Source: Hadesarchaea archaeon (lineage in GTDB: Archaea > Hadarchaeota > Hadarchaeia > Hadarchaeales > Hadarchaeaceae). Taken from it: a DNA stretch of 33,578 bases. The first letter of the stretch is position 1, and every line of letters begins with the position of its first letter. Shown piece by piece: positions 17,424 through 26,188 of this stretch. Under the pieces are notes generated by a model. It was given only the letters and a program-made list of their open reading frames with translations, was not told the DNA's origin and ran no database searches. Both the position numbers and the translations under genes were made by a program. The stretch spans positions 1 through 33,578 of the forward strand of contig DAOUSU010000002.1 of NCBI GenBank assembly GCA_030627035.1, read 5' to 3'.

Positions 17424-18353
17424 CTACACCCCGATTTTCGTCCTCAGGGCCTCAAAGCCCTCCCCTTCGATCGCGCAGGCAACTTTTTCCTGTAGCTCTT
17501 TTCCGGGGGTTAGCGCGACCATGTTTCCGCCAAGCCCTCCACCCGTCATCTTCGCGCCGAACGCGCCCTGCTTGCGTGCCAGCTCGACCAAAAAATCGAG
17601 TTCCCTACATGAGACCTCGATCGCCTGTAGTTGTTTGTGATTTTCATCCATCAATTCCCCAACCTTTTTTATATCATATGCTTCGAGCGCCCTTCTGGCT
17701 TTGTGAGCCAGTTCTTCCGCTTCCTTGAAAATCTTGTTATACTTCTCGGGGTACTTCTCCCTCCGTTCTCGAACCCCTGCAACCGCCGCCTTCGTGTTCG
17801 CTACCAGCCCGGTGTTTCCCACCACCACCTCGACCGGGCGCTTGATCTTTATCCGCTCCATCATGTTTGGCTGCCCACGCACAAACCAGATCAGCCCCCC
17901 GTAGGTCGCCGCGGTGTTGTCGATTCCCGAAGGGGTGCCGTGGTAACCCTTCTCCCCCTCATAGGCCAGCTCGTTTATCCGCTCATCCGAGAGCCCCAAG
18001 TTAAACTCATCGGAGAGGGCCCTCGCGATCGCGGTGCAGGACGCCGCGCTTGCCCCAATCCCGCTGGCCGCAACCAAGTCCCCTGCGAGGGTTATTTTGA
18101 TTGGATTTTTCATGGTGTCAATTCCAGCCGCTTTTAGTATTCGCTCCACAGACTCTTTCTGTTGCTCGAGCTTTTCCTCCTTGTACCCTGGCGTGGCATG
18201 TCGGCGGTCATCCAAGGTCCATCCAGTTCCATCCGCGCGCTCAACGGTGGCGGTGGTAGCCTTGTCGATGGCCGAGACGATCGAGGGCACGCCGTAAACA
18301 ACGAAGTGTTCATTGAAGAGGATCACCTTCCCATATCCGATGCCTTTTCCCAT
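17424..18353 (-). CDS. mvk: Mevalonate kinase (GHMP family)
   Basis: GKVILFNEHFVVYG, ASGIGASAA, EKGYHGTPSGIDN, AKMTGGGLGG; ATG 18353 with GAGG RBS. Confidence 0.9.
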   Translation of the reverse strand: MGKGIGYGKVILFNEHFVVYGVPSIVSAIDKATTATVERADGTGWTLDDRRHATPGYKEEKLEQQKESVERILKAAGIDTMKNPIKITLAGDLVAASGIGASAASCTAIARALSDEFNLGLSDERINELAYEGEKGYHGTPSGIDNTAATYGGLIWFVRGQPNMMERIKIKRPVEVVVGNTGLVANTKAAVAGVRERREKYPEKYNKIFKEAEELAHKARRALEAYDIKKVGELMDENHKQLQAIEVSCRELDFLVELARKQGAFGAKMTGGGLGGNMVALTPGKELQEKVACAIEGEGFEALRTKIGV

Positions 18354-18443
18354 CAAACGGCCTCGCATATGTCCCAAATTTTGTCGATAGCATTTCGGTG
18401 GGTACCTATTTTAACTTTTGGACAAATATCCATGGGGACCCGA

Positions 18444-19427
18444 ATGGAGATCCTAACCGCGAGTACGGGAAGTTATCCCCGGATAGGTGACAGTCCAGAA
18501 CAGCAGCGTCACCGTCAGGCTTACGCACAGCGAGAGCGAGGCGAGATTTCCGATGACGAGTTCGAGCGCATCCAAGACGAAGTGACTCGAGAAGTTATCG
18601 AGGAGCAGATACGGGCCGGCCTCGATCTCGTAACAGATGGGCAGGTGCGATGGTACGACCCGATCTCCCACTTCACGCGAAAGCTCGGGGGATGCGAACT
18701 TGATGGCCTGCTCCGCTTCTTCGACACGAACTTCTACTTCCGCCAGCCCGTTATCAAGGAGGAGCTTGAATGGCGCGGACCCATCGCGAAGCGAGAGTTC
18801 ACCTTCGCCAAGGGAGTCTCACCGAAGCCGGTTAAGCCGGTAGTGACCGGCCCCTACACGCTGGCGAAGCTTTCCATCAACCGACGTGGGGGGAGCTTTC
18901 AATCGCTCGTTGATGAGTTCGCTGAGGTGATCGCTCAAGAGGTCAAAGAGCTCGCGGGGGCTGGCGCCGAGCTCATCCAGATGGACGAACCAGCAATCCT
19001 GAAGAACCCGAACGACTTTCCGGCATTTCAGGGAGCCATCGAAAAAGTAGCGGCTGGGAAAGGTGATGCGAGGCTCGCTCTCTACACCTACTTCGGAGAT
19101 GCGGCGCCCCTCTACGGAAAACTGCTCAAGCTGCCGGTCGATGCGCTGGGGTTTGACTTCACCTACAGCCCCAGCTTGCCGGTGGTGGTGGCGAAACTTG
19201 GCTGTGAGAAGGATCTCGGGCTTGGCCTCATAGACGGACGAAACACGAGGCTCGAGATCGAACGGGAAGTTCTCGCCGTGTTAAAAACAATTCTGCCAAA
19301 CGTTGGGTCCGAACGCGTGTTCATCAATCCCTCATGCGGGCTAGGGGAATATCTGCCGCGAGAAATCGCCTTCAAAAAATTGCAGAACATGGTCGCCATC
19401 GTCGAAAAAGTCAGGGGGTTGACCTGA
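18444..19427 (+). CDS. MetE-like barrel lacking Zn ligands (putative folate/pterin-binding half of a split methionine synthase)
   Basis: TGSYPR, TDGQVRWYD, LRFFDTNFYFRQP, TGPYTL, QMDEP; LYTYFG where HxC is expected; PSCGL. Start set to ATG 18444 because the longer ORF overlaps mvk. Confidence 0.82.
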   Translation: MEILTASTGSYPRIGDSPEQQRHRQAYAQRERGEISDDEFERIQDEVTREVIEEQIRAGLDLVTDGQVRWYDPISHFTRKLGGCELDGLLRFFDTNFYFRQPVIKEELEWRGPIAKREFTFAKGVSPKPVKPVVTGPYTLAKLSINRRGGSFQSLVDEFAEVIAQEVKELAGAGAELIQMDEPAILKNPNDFPAFQGAIEKVAAGKGDARLALYTYFGDAAPLYGKLLKLPVDALGFDFTYSPSLPVVVAKLGCEKDLGLGLIDGRNTRLEIEREVLAVLKTILPNVGSERVFINPSCGLGEYLPREIAFKKLQNMVAIVEKVRGLT

Positions 19428-20434
19428 TGCGCGAGAAATTGGAAAAGCTCGGGTTGAATCTGCCACTCCTCCCGATCACTACCGTTGGGAGTTTCCCGAA
19501 ACCACCCTACCTAATCGATGCAAGACGAAAGTTTGCGACGAAGCTGCTTGGCGCCGAGGAGCTTAAAAAACTCGAGGATCAGGCGACTCGAGAATGGGTG
19601 GCGCTGCAAGAGAAAATCGGCCTCGATGTCCTCGTTGACGGGGAGATGTACAGGGGTGACATGGCGACTTACTTTGCGCAAAATCTTGGAGGATTCAAGA
19701 TAAGCGGCCCCGTTCGTTCGTATGGCAACCGCTACTATCGAAAGCCGATCATCACCGGAGAGGTCAAATGGCGTGGCCCGATCACCGTCGACTGGTGGAA
19801 GTTTGCGCAGAAACTGACGAAAAGACCGGTCAAGGGAATGATCACGGGGCCCTACACCATGATGGACTGGTCATTCAACGAATATTACCCGAGCCGCCGC
19901 GACGCCTGTCTCGACCTCGCGAAGACCCTGCACGAGGAGGTTGTGGCACTTTCTAATGCGGGAGCGAAGATCATCCAAATCGACGAGCCTGCCCTTTCGG
20001 TGCGCCCGGAGGAGCTATCGGGTTTCGTGGGCGAGGCCATGCGGATGGTCACGCGCGGCATCAATGCATATTTTATCATTCATTGCTGTTACGGTGCATT
20101 TGAATTCATCTACCCCCAGATGCTTGACCTTCCCGTCGATAACTTCGATCTCGAGATGTCAAACAGCGAACTCGACCTGGTCGAGCTGTTTCACAAATAC
20201 CCATTTACCAAGGACATGTCATTTGGGGTTGTCGATGTCCACTCACACATCGTGGAGGATGTAGGGCTGGTGAAAAAACGCATCCAACAGGCACTCGAAA
20301 TTTTGGAGCCGGAACAACTCTGGATAGACCCCGACTGTGGACTCAAGACACGGACGCGAGAGGAGACCATCGGCAAGCTCCAAGCAATTGTGGGCGCGAC
20401 CAAGGAAGTAAGAAAATTGCTGGGTGAGGGGTAA
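19427..20434 (+). CDS. metE: Cobalamin-independent methionine synthase, catalytic (Zn-binding) half
   Basis: TTVGSFPKP, DGEMYRGDM, VRSYGNRYYRKP, KGMITGPYT, QIDEPA, HCCYG, DLEMS, PDCGLKTR; TGATG coupling with the upstream gene. Confidence 0.88.
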   Translation: MREKLEKLGLNLPLLPITTVGSFPKPPYLIDARRKFATKLLGAEELKKLEDQATREWVALQEKIGLDVLVDGEMYRGDMATYFAQNLGGFKISGPVRSYGNRYYRKPIITGEVKWRGPITVDWWKFAQKLTKRPVKGMITGPYTMMDWSFNEYYPSRRDACLDLAKTLHEEVVALSNAGAKIIQIDEPALSVRPEELSGFVGEAMRMVTRGINAYFIIHCCYGAFEFIYPQMLDLPVDNFDLEMSNSELDLVELFHKYPFTKDMSFGVVDVHSHIVEDVGLVKKRIQQALEILEPEQLWIDPDCGLKTRTREETIGKLQAIVGATKEVRKLLGEG

Positions 20435-20545
20435 TCTAAACGGATCATAAATGATTGAATTCTCAAACAACAATCGTGTGTTATTTAACGGCCCAGAACA
20501 CCGCCCACTCCGTTTAACTTTTATGACGAATAACCGCACCCTACA

Positions 20546-20929
20546 ATGAGCGAAATGTTGAACATTTGGGGGATCGAACGAGAAGCGTTGGAGTTTATTC
20601 TGGGGGTCTCTCGCTCGAGCCATCCGCGCGAGTTTGCAGGGGTGATGCGTGCCAAGGAGGGTGTAATCACAGAAGTGCTTTTGCTGCCCGGGACTCTCTC
20701 CTCGAACGAATCGGCGGTGCTACGCTTGCACATGCTTCCGATAGACCCAAGCGCCTGCGGCTCGGTGCATAGCCACCCTTCGCCGAGTCCAATTCCCTCT
20801 GGGGCCGACCTCAGGTTGTTCGCGAAGTTCGGGCGCGTGCATATAATCGCTGCATTCCCCTACGACGGGCGATCTTGGCGGGCTTACGATCATCGCGGAA
20901 ATGAAATCACATTAAAAATTATTGGATAA
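20546..20929 (+). CDS. JAMM/MPN+ (Mov34) metalloprotease
   Basis: HPREFAG...GSVHSHPSPSPIPSGADL matches E-xn-HSH-x7-S-x2-D. Confidence 0.9.
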   Translation: MSEMLNIWGIEREALEFILGVSRSSHPREFAGVMRAKEGVITEVLLLPGTLSSNESAVLRLHMLPIDPSACGSVHSHPSPSPIPSGADLRLFAKFGRVHIIAAFPYDGRSWRAYDHRGNEITLKIIG

Positions 20930-20973
20930 GATTAAATCGCTCGGCGGATAACCTTTTGAAAAGGTAGGTTCTT

Positions 20974-22770
20974 GTGCATATCAAAAAAATTGCTCTAATT
21001 GTTATCCTCGTGGGCGTCACGATAGCATTTGTATCAATCACATACCTCCTGATGCACCAACGGGAATTTGAGAAATTCGTAAAAATGGATGGTATCTTAA
21101 TTGACCTCGACGCAAATGGGAATGCCAGCTGCCAGTTCATCGCGTGCGTTCCTCCGTCCAAATTGGCTGATGTGTTGAAGCGCGTGACTTCAGCGACCGG
21201 TGTCGACAAGATGGGAGAGATGTATGTGGAGAGCATGCGGGGCTCGCTCGCCCGATATGGCCTTGAAATGAAAAATCCCGTTTGTGAAGTAACGGGGCTC
21301 GGCACAGAAGAAAATTTCAAAATAGTCATGTCATGGAAAACCGATGCTTTTGCTAGGTGGGAAAACAATGTTTGGAGGATAAACATGGAGTTTGTGGACA
21401 GGGAAAGTGCCGTCCAAGAGATAGTCGCCGAGCAATACTCCTTGTGGGCATCAATCCTCTCTGTTTCTGAAAACGCCCAGTATGAAGTCTTCCAGAGAAC
21501 TACACTCGCCCTGCCAAGCGGTGCGGAAAATGTCGAATGCTCGCTCATCGGTACTTGGAAGATTGATTACGGTGGCGGGTCATACGAGATCGACTCGGTA
21601 TATTTGGGATGGATCGATGGTAAAACCACCATTATCGAGAATGATTACGCTTTGATCGCGACCGAACACGAGATAACGCTAACGTTTCAGCAGTTTCTTG
21701 AGAACTACTCCGCATATACTGTAACTTATAGCAGCGGCCCCCCTGAAGACGCATCTTTTACAAGCTCCGTGAACCTAGTTCGTCTAGATTTGAAATACGG
21801 GCGGGAACTCAGCGAGTCCTATTTAATTTACGATGGAGGGTCATGGTACTCCCTCTCCCCAGCGCAGGTGCTGTACTACGCTGCCGATGCAATCGTGACT
21901 ACAAGTCAAGGGGGCAAATTTTCAATTCAGGAACCGGTCAAAGGCGTTGTCCCCCCAGATGATGAAAGTGGCGATTGGACAAGCTGCTGGAAGGATCTCT
22001 CGAAGGACGAATACGTCGCCATAGCGCGCGCGGTTTGCGAGGAAATAGACTCCACAGGCAAGGTGCCGGGCACGCTTGGAACTATCATTGGAAACCTCAG
22101 GTTCAGGGACATTTTGTTTACCTTTACCAGGATCCTTTCCAGCTATGGGGGGTTAGAAGGATTGCCGGGGGAAGTTACCTTCGTACCAGCCCCTTCGGGT
22201 GAGTTGACCTGGGATAACAACGTGGTCCCCGCGAATCACGCGTACTTCCTGCTCCCGGATACCTTCGTGATTATCGACACCCCTATGGTACACGAAGTGT
22301 TGGAGAACATCCTACAACCCAACTACGATAACCGAGAGCTCGCCGAGGAGATCTGCAACTGGACGGGCACCAACATTACTTATGGACTATCGTTGGCCCC
22401 ACCGACATCTGAAGAGGTATTGATCTCGAGGAAAGGTCAGTGCAGGGACTATACAAATGTGTACCTCGCACTGAGCAGGACGGCCGGGATACCCGCTAGA
22501 AGGGTAAGTGGATGGGTCATCACAAAGTGGCAACCGCCCGCAGGTTGGGAGTTCGTTGTGGGAACGACGCCCGATGGAAAAACTGTTGCGAGCCACGCGT
22601 GGGTCCAAGTATTTGTGCTTGGGGAAGAATGGGTACAAGTGGAACCACAGAGTAAAAGACCAAATCTGTACATGGGGGAGCTCCCTTATGAGGTGTACAA
22701 GCAGGTTGAAGTTAAACAAACGTGGATGGAGGCGCTCGCTGCATACGAGACGGCACGTGGATTGATTTAA
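20974..22770 (+). CDS. N-terminally anchored transglutaminase-like peptidase with pseudomurein-binding-repeat-like segment
   Basis: N-terminal TM IALIVILVGVTIAFVSITYLL; GQC490RDY, SH541AWVQV, WVQVE557PQ; central repeats such as LSKDEYVAIARAVCEEIDSTGKVP and LRFRDILFTFTRILSSYGGLEGLPGEV. Confidence 0.85.
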   Translation: MHIKKIALIVILVGVTIAFVSITYLLMHQREFEKFVKMDGILIDLDANGNASCQFIACVPPSKLADVLKRVTSATGVDKMGEMYVESMRGSLARYGLEMKNPVCEVTGLGTEENFKIVMSWKTDAFARWENNVWRINMEFVDRESAVQEIVAEQYSLWASILSVSENAQYEVFQRTTLALPSGAENVECSLIGTWKIDYGGGSYEIDSVYLGWIDGKTTIIENDYALIATEHEITLTFQQFLENYSAYTVTYSSGPPEDASFTSSVNLVRLDLKYGRELSESYLIYDGGSWYSLSPAQVLYYAADAIVTTSQGGKFSIQEPVKGVVPPDDESGDWTSCWKDLSKDEYVAIARAVCEEIDSTGKVPGTLGTIIGNLRFRDILFTFTRILSSYGGLEGLPGEVTFVPAPSGELTWDNNVVPANHAYFLLPDTFVIIDTPMVHEVLENILQPNYDNRELAEEICNWTGTNITYGLSLAPPTSEEVLISRKGQCRDYTNVYLALSRTAGIPARRVSGWVITKWQPPAGWEFVVGTTPDGKTVASHAWVQVFVLGEEWVQVEPQSKRPNLYMGELPYEVYKQVEVKQTWMEALAAYETARGLI

Positions 22771-22776
22771 TTTAAA

Positions 22777-23508
22777 ATGGTCGATAACATGCGCTGGGAT
22801 CTCTGGCTGCCTTGGTACAAAAAAATCGTTGCTAGGTTGAATTTGGATGAACGTGCCGACCGAGCTGCAGCTAAAATTTTAAACTGTACTTTACCCGAAC
22901 CTGATCTCAAAAAGTTCACCCGCTTGCTCCAAGGACAAGAATGCATCGTCTTCGGCGCTGGCCCATCGCTCGATGAGGACTTGAAAAAACTGCAGCGCAC
23001 GGGGTATCCAAATAAAGTTTTAATTGCGGCAGATGGTGCAACCTCATCTGTTGCCAAATATCGCAACCCGGATATCATCGTCACCGATTTGGATGGCAAT
23101 GTTAACGATCAGCTCAAAGCATGGCACCGCGGCTCTTGGTTCGTCATCCATGCGCATGGCGATAACGTTGCGCAGGTGCGTGGGATTTTACCAAAGCTAA
23201 ACGCGCGCACCATCGGCACGACACAGATCAAACCATTTGGCAAACTTTGCAACTTCGGAGGGTTCACTGATGGCGACCGTGCAGCCTTCATGGCTCATGA
23301 ACTAGAGGCATCCAAAATCTACCTAGCCGGGATGGATCTTGGGACAAAGATCGGGCGATACTCAGGAGATAATGACACCAACCGCAAGCTTATAAAGCTC
23401 AAGATCTGCAAGGAACTTCTCTCGTGGCTGGCGGGAGAACTCGGCGCGAACTTGGTCAATTTAACTGCCGAGGGTGAAGATATCCCTAATGTTCCTCGAA
23501 CGGTGTGA
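22777..23508 (+). CDS. mptE: 6-hydroxymethyl-7,8-dihydropterin pyrophosphokinase MptE (DUF115)
   Basis: VFGAGPSL, IAADGA, VTDLDG, HAHGDN, NFGGFTDGDRA, KLIKLKIC; alternative ATG 22789. Confidence 0.88.
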   Translation: MVDNMRWDLWLPWYKKIVARLNLDERADRAAAKILNCTLPEPDLKKFTRLLQGQECIVFGAGPSLDEDLKKLQRTGYPNKVLIAADGATSSVAKYRNPDIIVTDLDGNVNDQLKAWHRGSWFVIHAHGDNVAQVRGILPKLNARTIGTTQIKPFGKLCNFGGFTDGDRAAFMAHELEASKIYLAGMDLGTKIGRYSGDNDTNRKLIKLKICKELLSWLAGELGANLVNLTAEGEDIPNVPRTV

Positions 23509-23555
23509 ACAATATTTATGTAGTGCTTCACGAAATTGAGAACGAAGGGAGAAAC

Positions 23556-23768
23556 ATGTCGATTAGGGGGTATGTGGAGTACAAAAAGCGAGAATTTTGC
23601 AATGATGTAAAATGTCCGGTGCAACTAGACTTGAACTCTCAAAAACCGGGCTCAGAAGAATACGAAAAGATAAGGCAAACTTGTAAAACAAACTGTAAGT
23701 ATACTACATGGCAATTTCATCATTGGCTAATAGAGAAAGGGTATTTAATCGTCAAGCCTGAAAAATAA
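23556..23768 (+). CDS. Small Cys/His-rich hypothetical protein (70 aa)
   Basis: ATG 23556 after GGGAG; C-x4-C...C-x3-C...FHHWL; 11 nt upstream of the lsrF-like gene. Confidence 0.75.
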   Translation: MSIRGYVEYKKREFCNDVKCPVQLDLNSQKPGSEEYEKIRQTCKTNCKYTTWQFHHWLIEKGYLIVKPEK

Positions 23769-23779
23769 AGGGTGTCGAG

Positions 23780-24595
23780 ATGGATTGGGGGATGAAAAAC
23801 AGGCTCGCACAGCTGATTCAGCGCGACGGCAGGTGCTTCTTCTTGCCCATAGACCACGGGTATTTCCAAGGCCCCACGTATAAGTTAGAAGAACCTGGCA
23901 AGACGATTAAGCCTCTTCTTCCATATGCGGATGCAATCATGCTCACGCGAGGGGTGTTGCGCTCGTGCATAGACCCCGAAAACACCAAACCAGTTATCCT
24001 TAGAGTTTCCGGCGGCACGAGCATCGTCGGAGAGGACTTGTCTCACGAGGGGGTTACCACTTCGGTGAGGGAGGCCATTAGGCTCAACGCAAGCGCGGTG
24101 TCGACTTCCATCTACGTGGGGAGCAAGCACGAGCACGAAACGTTGATGAACCTAGCGCGCCTCGTCAATGAGTGCGAAGAGTATGGCATCCCGGTGATGG
24201 CAGTAACGGCTGTGGGTAAAGAGGTGGAAAAACGCGAAGCGCGATATCTCGCTTTGGCCTGCAGAATCGCCGCAGAGCTGGGCGCACGGGTTGTAAAAAC
24301 ATATTATTGTAAAGAGGGATTTGAAAAAGTCGTGAGAGGTTGTCCCGTACCGGTGGTTATGGCAGGTGGGCCCAAAACAGAGTCCGAGCTTGAGGTATTC
24401 GAATTCGTTTATGATGGCATCCAGAAGGGTTCCATTGGCGTGAATTTGGGGCGGAACATCTGGCAGCACGATTACCCGGTGGCGATGATCCGTGCGATTC
24501 GTTCAATCATACATGAAAACGCCACCCCGCAGGAGGCGCAAGAATTATTTAACGAAGTTAAAAGCGGCAAGAAAAAAGTGGTCTGTGGGAGATAG
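23780..24595 (+). CDS. lsrF: LsrF-like class I (DhnA-family) aldolase/thiolase
   Basis: MDWGMKNRL, DHGYFQGP, LRVSGG, AVTAVGK, Schiff-base VKTYY, AGGPK, GRNIWQ. Confidence 0.85.
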   Translation: MDWGMKNRLAQLIQRDGRCFFLPIDHGYFQGPTYKLEEPGKTIKPLLPYADAIMLTRGVLRSCIDPENTKPVILRVSGGTSIVGEDLSHEGVTTSVREAIRLNASAVSTSIYVGSKHEHETLMNLARLVNECEEYGIPVMAVTAVGKEVEKREARYLALACRIAAELGARVVKTYYCKEGFEKVVRGCPVPVVMAGGPKTESELEVFEFVYDGIQKGSIGVNLGRNIWQHDYPVAMIRAIRSIIHENATPQEAQELFNEVKSGKKKVVCGR

Positions 24596-24678
24596 AGTTA
24601 AGTTCCACCTTGCAGACTTGCGCATACTCCTTTAAAAGCATGAAGTTAGAAATTAATAATAAAAGGAGGGAAAGTAAA

Positions 24679-25437
24679 ATGAACAAATACGATCTAGCTG
24701 GTGAAGTTGCCATAATAACCGGTGCAAGGAGGGGAATTGGGAAAGCGATCGCTCTGAGATTAGCAAGAGCTGGGGCGAAAGTCGTCGTCGCAGATCTTGA
24801 TAAAGAGGATTGCGAGAAAGTAGTAAAAGAGATTGAGGGAATTGGCGGCGAAGGGTTGGCTTTGAAGTTAGATGTAACCAACGAAGAGGAGATAATAGAC
24901 GCCGTAAGAAAAACAAAGGAAAAATTCGGGAAGATTGATATTCTCGTTAACAATGCGGGAATTTTTATTCAGGAAGAATTGGATAAAATGGATACCTCGA
25001 AGATAGACAAAATCTTGGCGGTAAACTTGAGAGGGGTAATTCTCTGCACTAAACATGTTCTTCCAGAAATGAAAGGCAATAGTTATGGAAAAATCATTAA
25101 CATAGCAAGCGTTGCCGGTCTAGTTGGCTTTGAGTTGTCAAGTATCTACTGTGCGACAAAGGGAGCTTTGGTTAATATGACGAGAGAACTAGCGTTAGAG
25201 TTAAGCAAATATAAAATTAATGTCAACGCTGTTGCCCCGGGAGTAATAGAAACTCCAATGACCAAAGGTTTACTTGGAGATGAGAAGACAAAAGCAGCGC
25301 TTCTTGGAAAGATTCCTTACGGAAGAGTTGGTAAACCAGAGGATATCGCAAATGCGGTTGCATTTTTAGCAAGCGATGAGAGCGGGTATATTACAGGCCA
25401 CACACTAGTTGTCGATGGTGGATGGTTAACCACATAA
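24679..25437 (+). CDS. Short-chain dehydrogenase/reductase (FabG-like)
   Basis: TGARRGIG, DILVNNAG, NIAS, YCATK, NAVAPG, VVDGG; GGAGG RBS before ATG 24679. Confidence 0.92.
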   Translation: MNKYDLAGEVAIITGARRGIGKAIALRLARAGAKVVVADLDKEDCEKVVKEIEGIGGEGLALKLDVTNEEEIIDAVRKTKEKFGKIDILVNNAGIFIQEELDKMDTSKIDKILAVNLRGVILCTKHVLPEMKGNSYGKIINIASVAGLVGFELSSIYCATKGALVNMTRELALELSKYKINVNAVAPGVIETPMTKGLLGDEKTKAALLGKIPYGRVGKPEDIANAVAFLASDESGYITGHTLVVDGGWLTT

Positions 25438-25484
25438 AAAGGTGAAAGTATCACCTAAATTCGTCTATTAGAAGGAGAAATAAG

Positions 25485-26012
25485 ATGAACCTAAAAACAC
25501 TTCACAAAATCAGTTACGGGCTGTATGTTGTTAGTTCGAGAACTGGCGAGAAATTTAATGGGCAGATTGCCAATACAGTATTTCAGATAACATCAGAGCC
25601 CCCAATAATAGCGGTTAGTATAAATAAACAGAATTTAACCCACGAATATATTCGGGAAAGCAAAGTCTTTACTGTCTCAATTTTATCAAAGGAAACCCCC
25701 ATGAAATTCATAGGGCATTTTGGCTTTAGATCTGGCAGGGAATTGGATAAGTTTAAAGATGTGAATTATAGAGTTGGCGCAACTGGTGCCCCCATAGTCA
25801 TGGAAAATACTGTAGGTTACTTGGCGGCCGAAATAATTGATAGTTTAGATGTTGGAACTCACACCGTTTTTATTGGTAAGATAATAGATGCCGAAATCAT
25901 TAAAGAGGGAGAACCGATGACGTATGCTTACTATCATGAAGTAAAACGTGGCAAGGCCCCAAAAACAGCGCCAACATATATTAAGGAGGAAAAATCAAGA
26001 GGAGGTGAATAA
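25485..26012 (+). CDS. Flavin reductase-like protein (N-terminal half of high-molecular-weight rubredoxin type)
   Basis: [66 protein letters not shown]. Confidence 0.88.
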   Translation: MNLKTLHKISYGLYVVSSRTGEKFNGQIANTVFQITSEPPIIAVSINKQNLTHEYIRESKVFTVSILSKETPMKFIGHFGFRSGRELDKFKDVNYRVGATGAPIVMENTVGYLAAEIIDSLDVGTHTVFIGKIIDAEIIKEGEPMTYAYYHEVKRGKAPKTAPTYIKEEKSRGGE

Positions 26013-26013
26013 A

Positions 26014-26178
26014 GTGGAAAAATATAAGTGCACGGTCTGCGGATATGTATATGACCCGGGGGTTGGAGATCCAGACTCTGGTATAACGCCTGGGACACCA
26101 TTTGAGAAGATACCAGATGATTGGGTATGCCCGGTATGCGGCGCCAGTAAGGACAAGTTCGAAAAGATAATGGAGTGA
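26014..26178 (+). CDS. Rubredoxin
   Basis: [12 protein letters not shown]...[31 protein letters not shown] before GTG 26014 (C-terminal part of track ORF 25948..26178). Confidence 0.95.
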   Translation: MEKYKCTVCGYVYDPGVGDPDSGITPGTPFEKIPDDWVCPVCGASKDKFEKIME

Positions 26179-26188
26179 TAACGTGGCA

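Noticed and set aside
20546..20929. JAMM gene as part of a ubiquitin-like or CBASS-type operon
   Set aside because: No E1/E2, SAMP/ubiquitin-like or cyclase gene adjacent; it looks like the common stand-alone archaeal JAMM.
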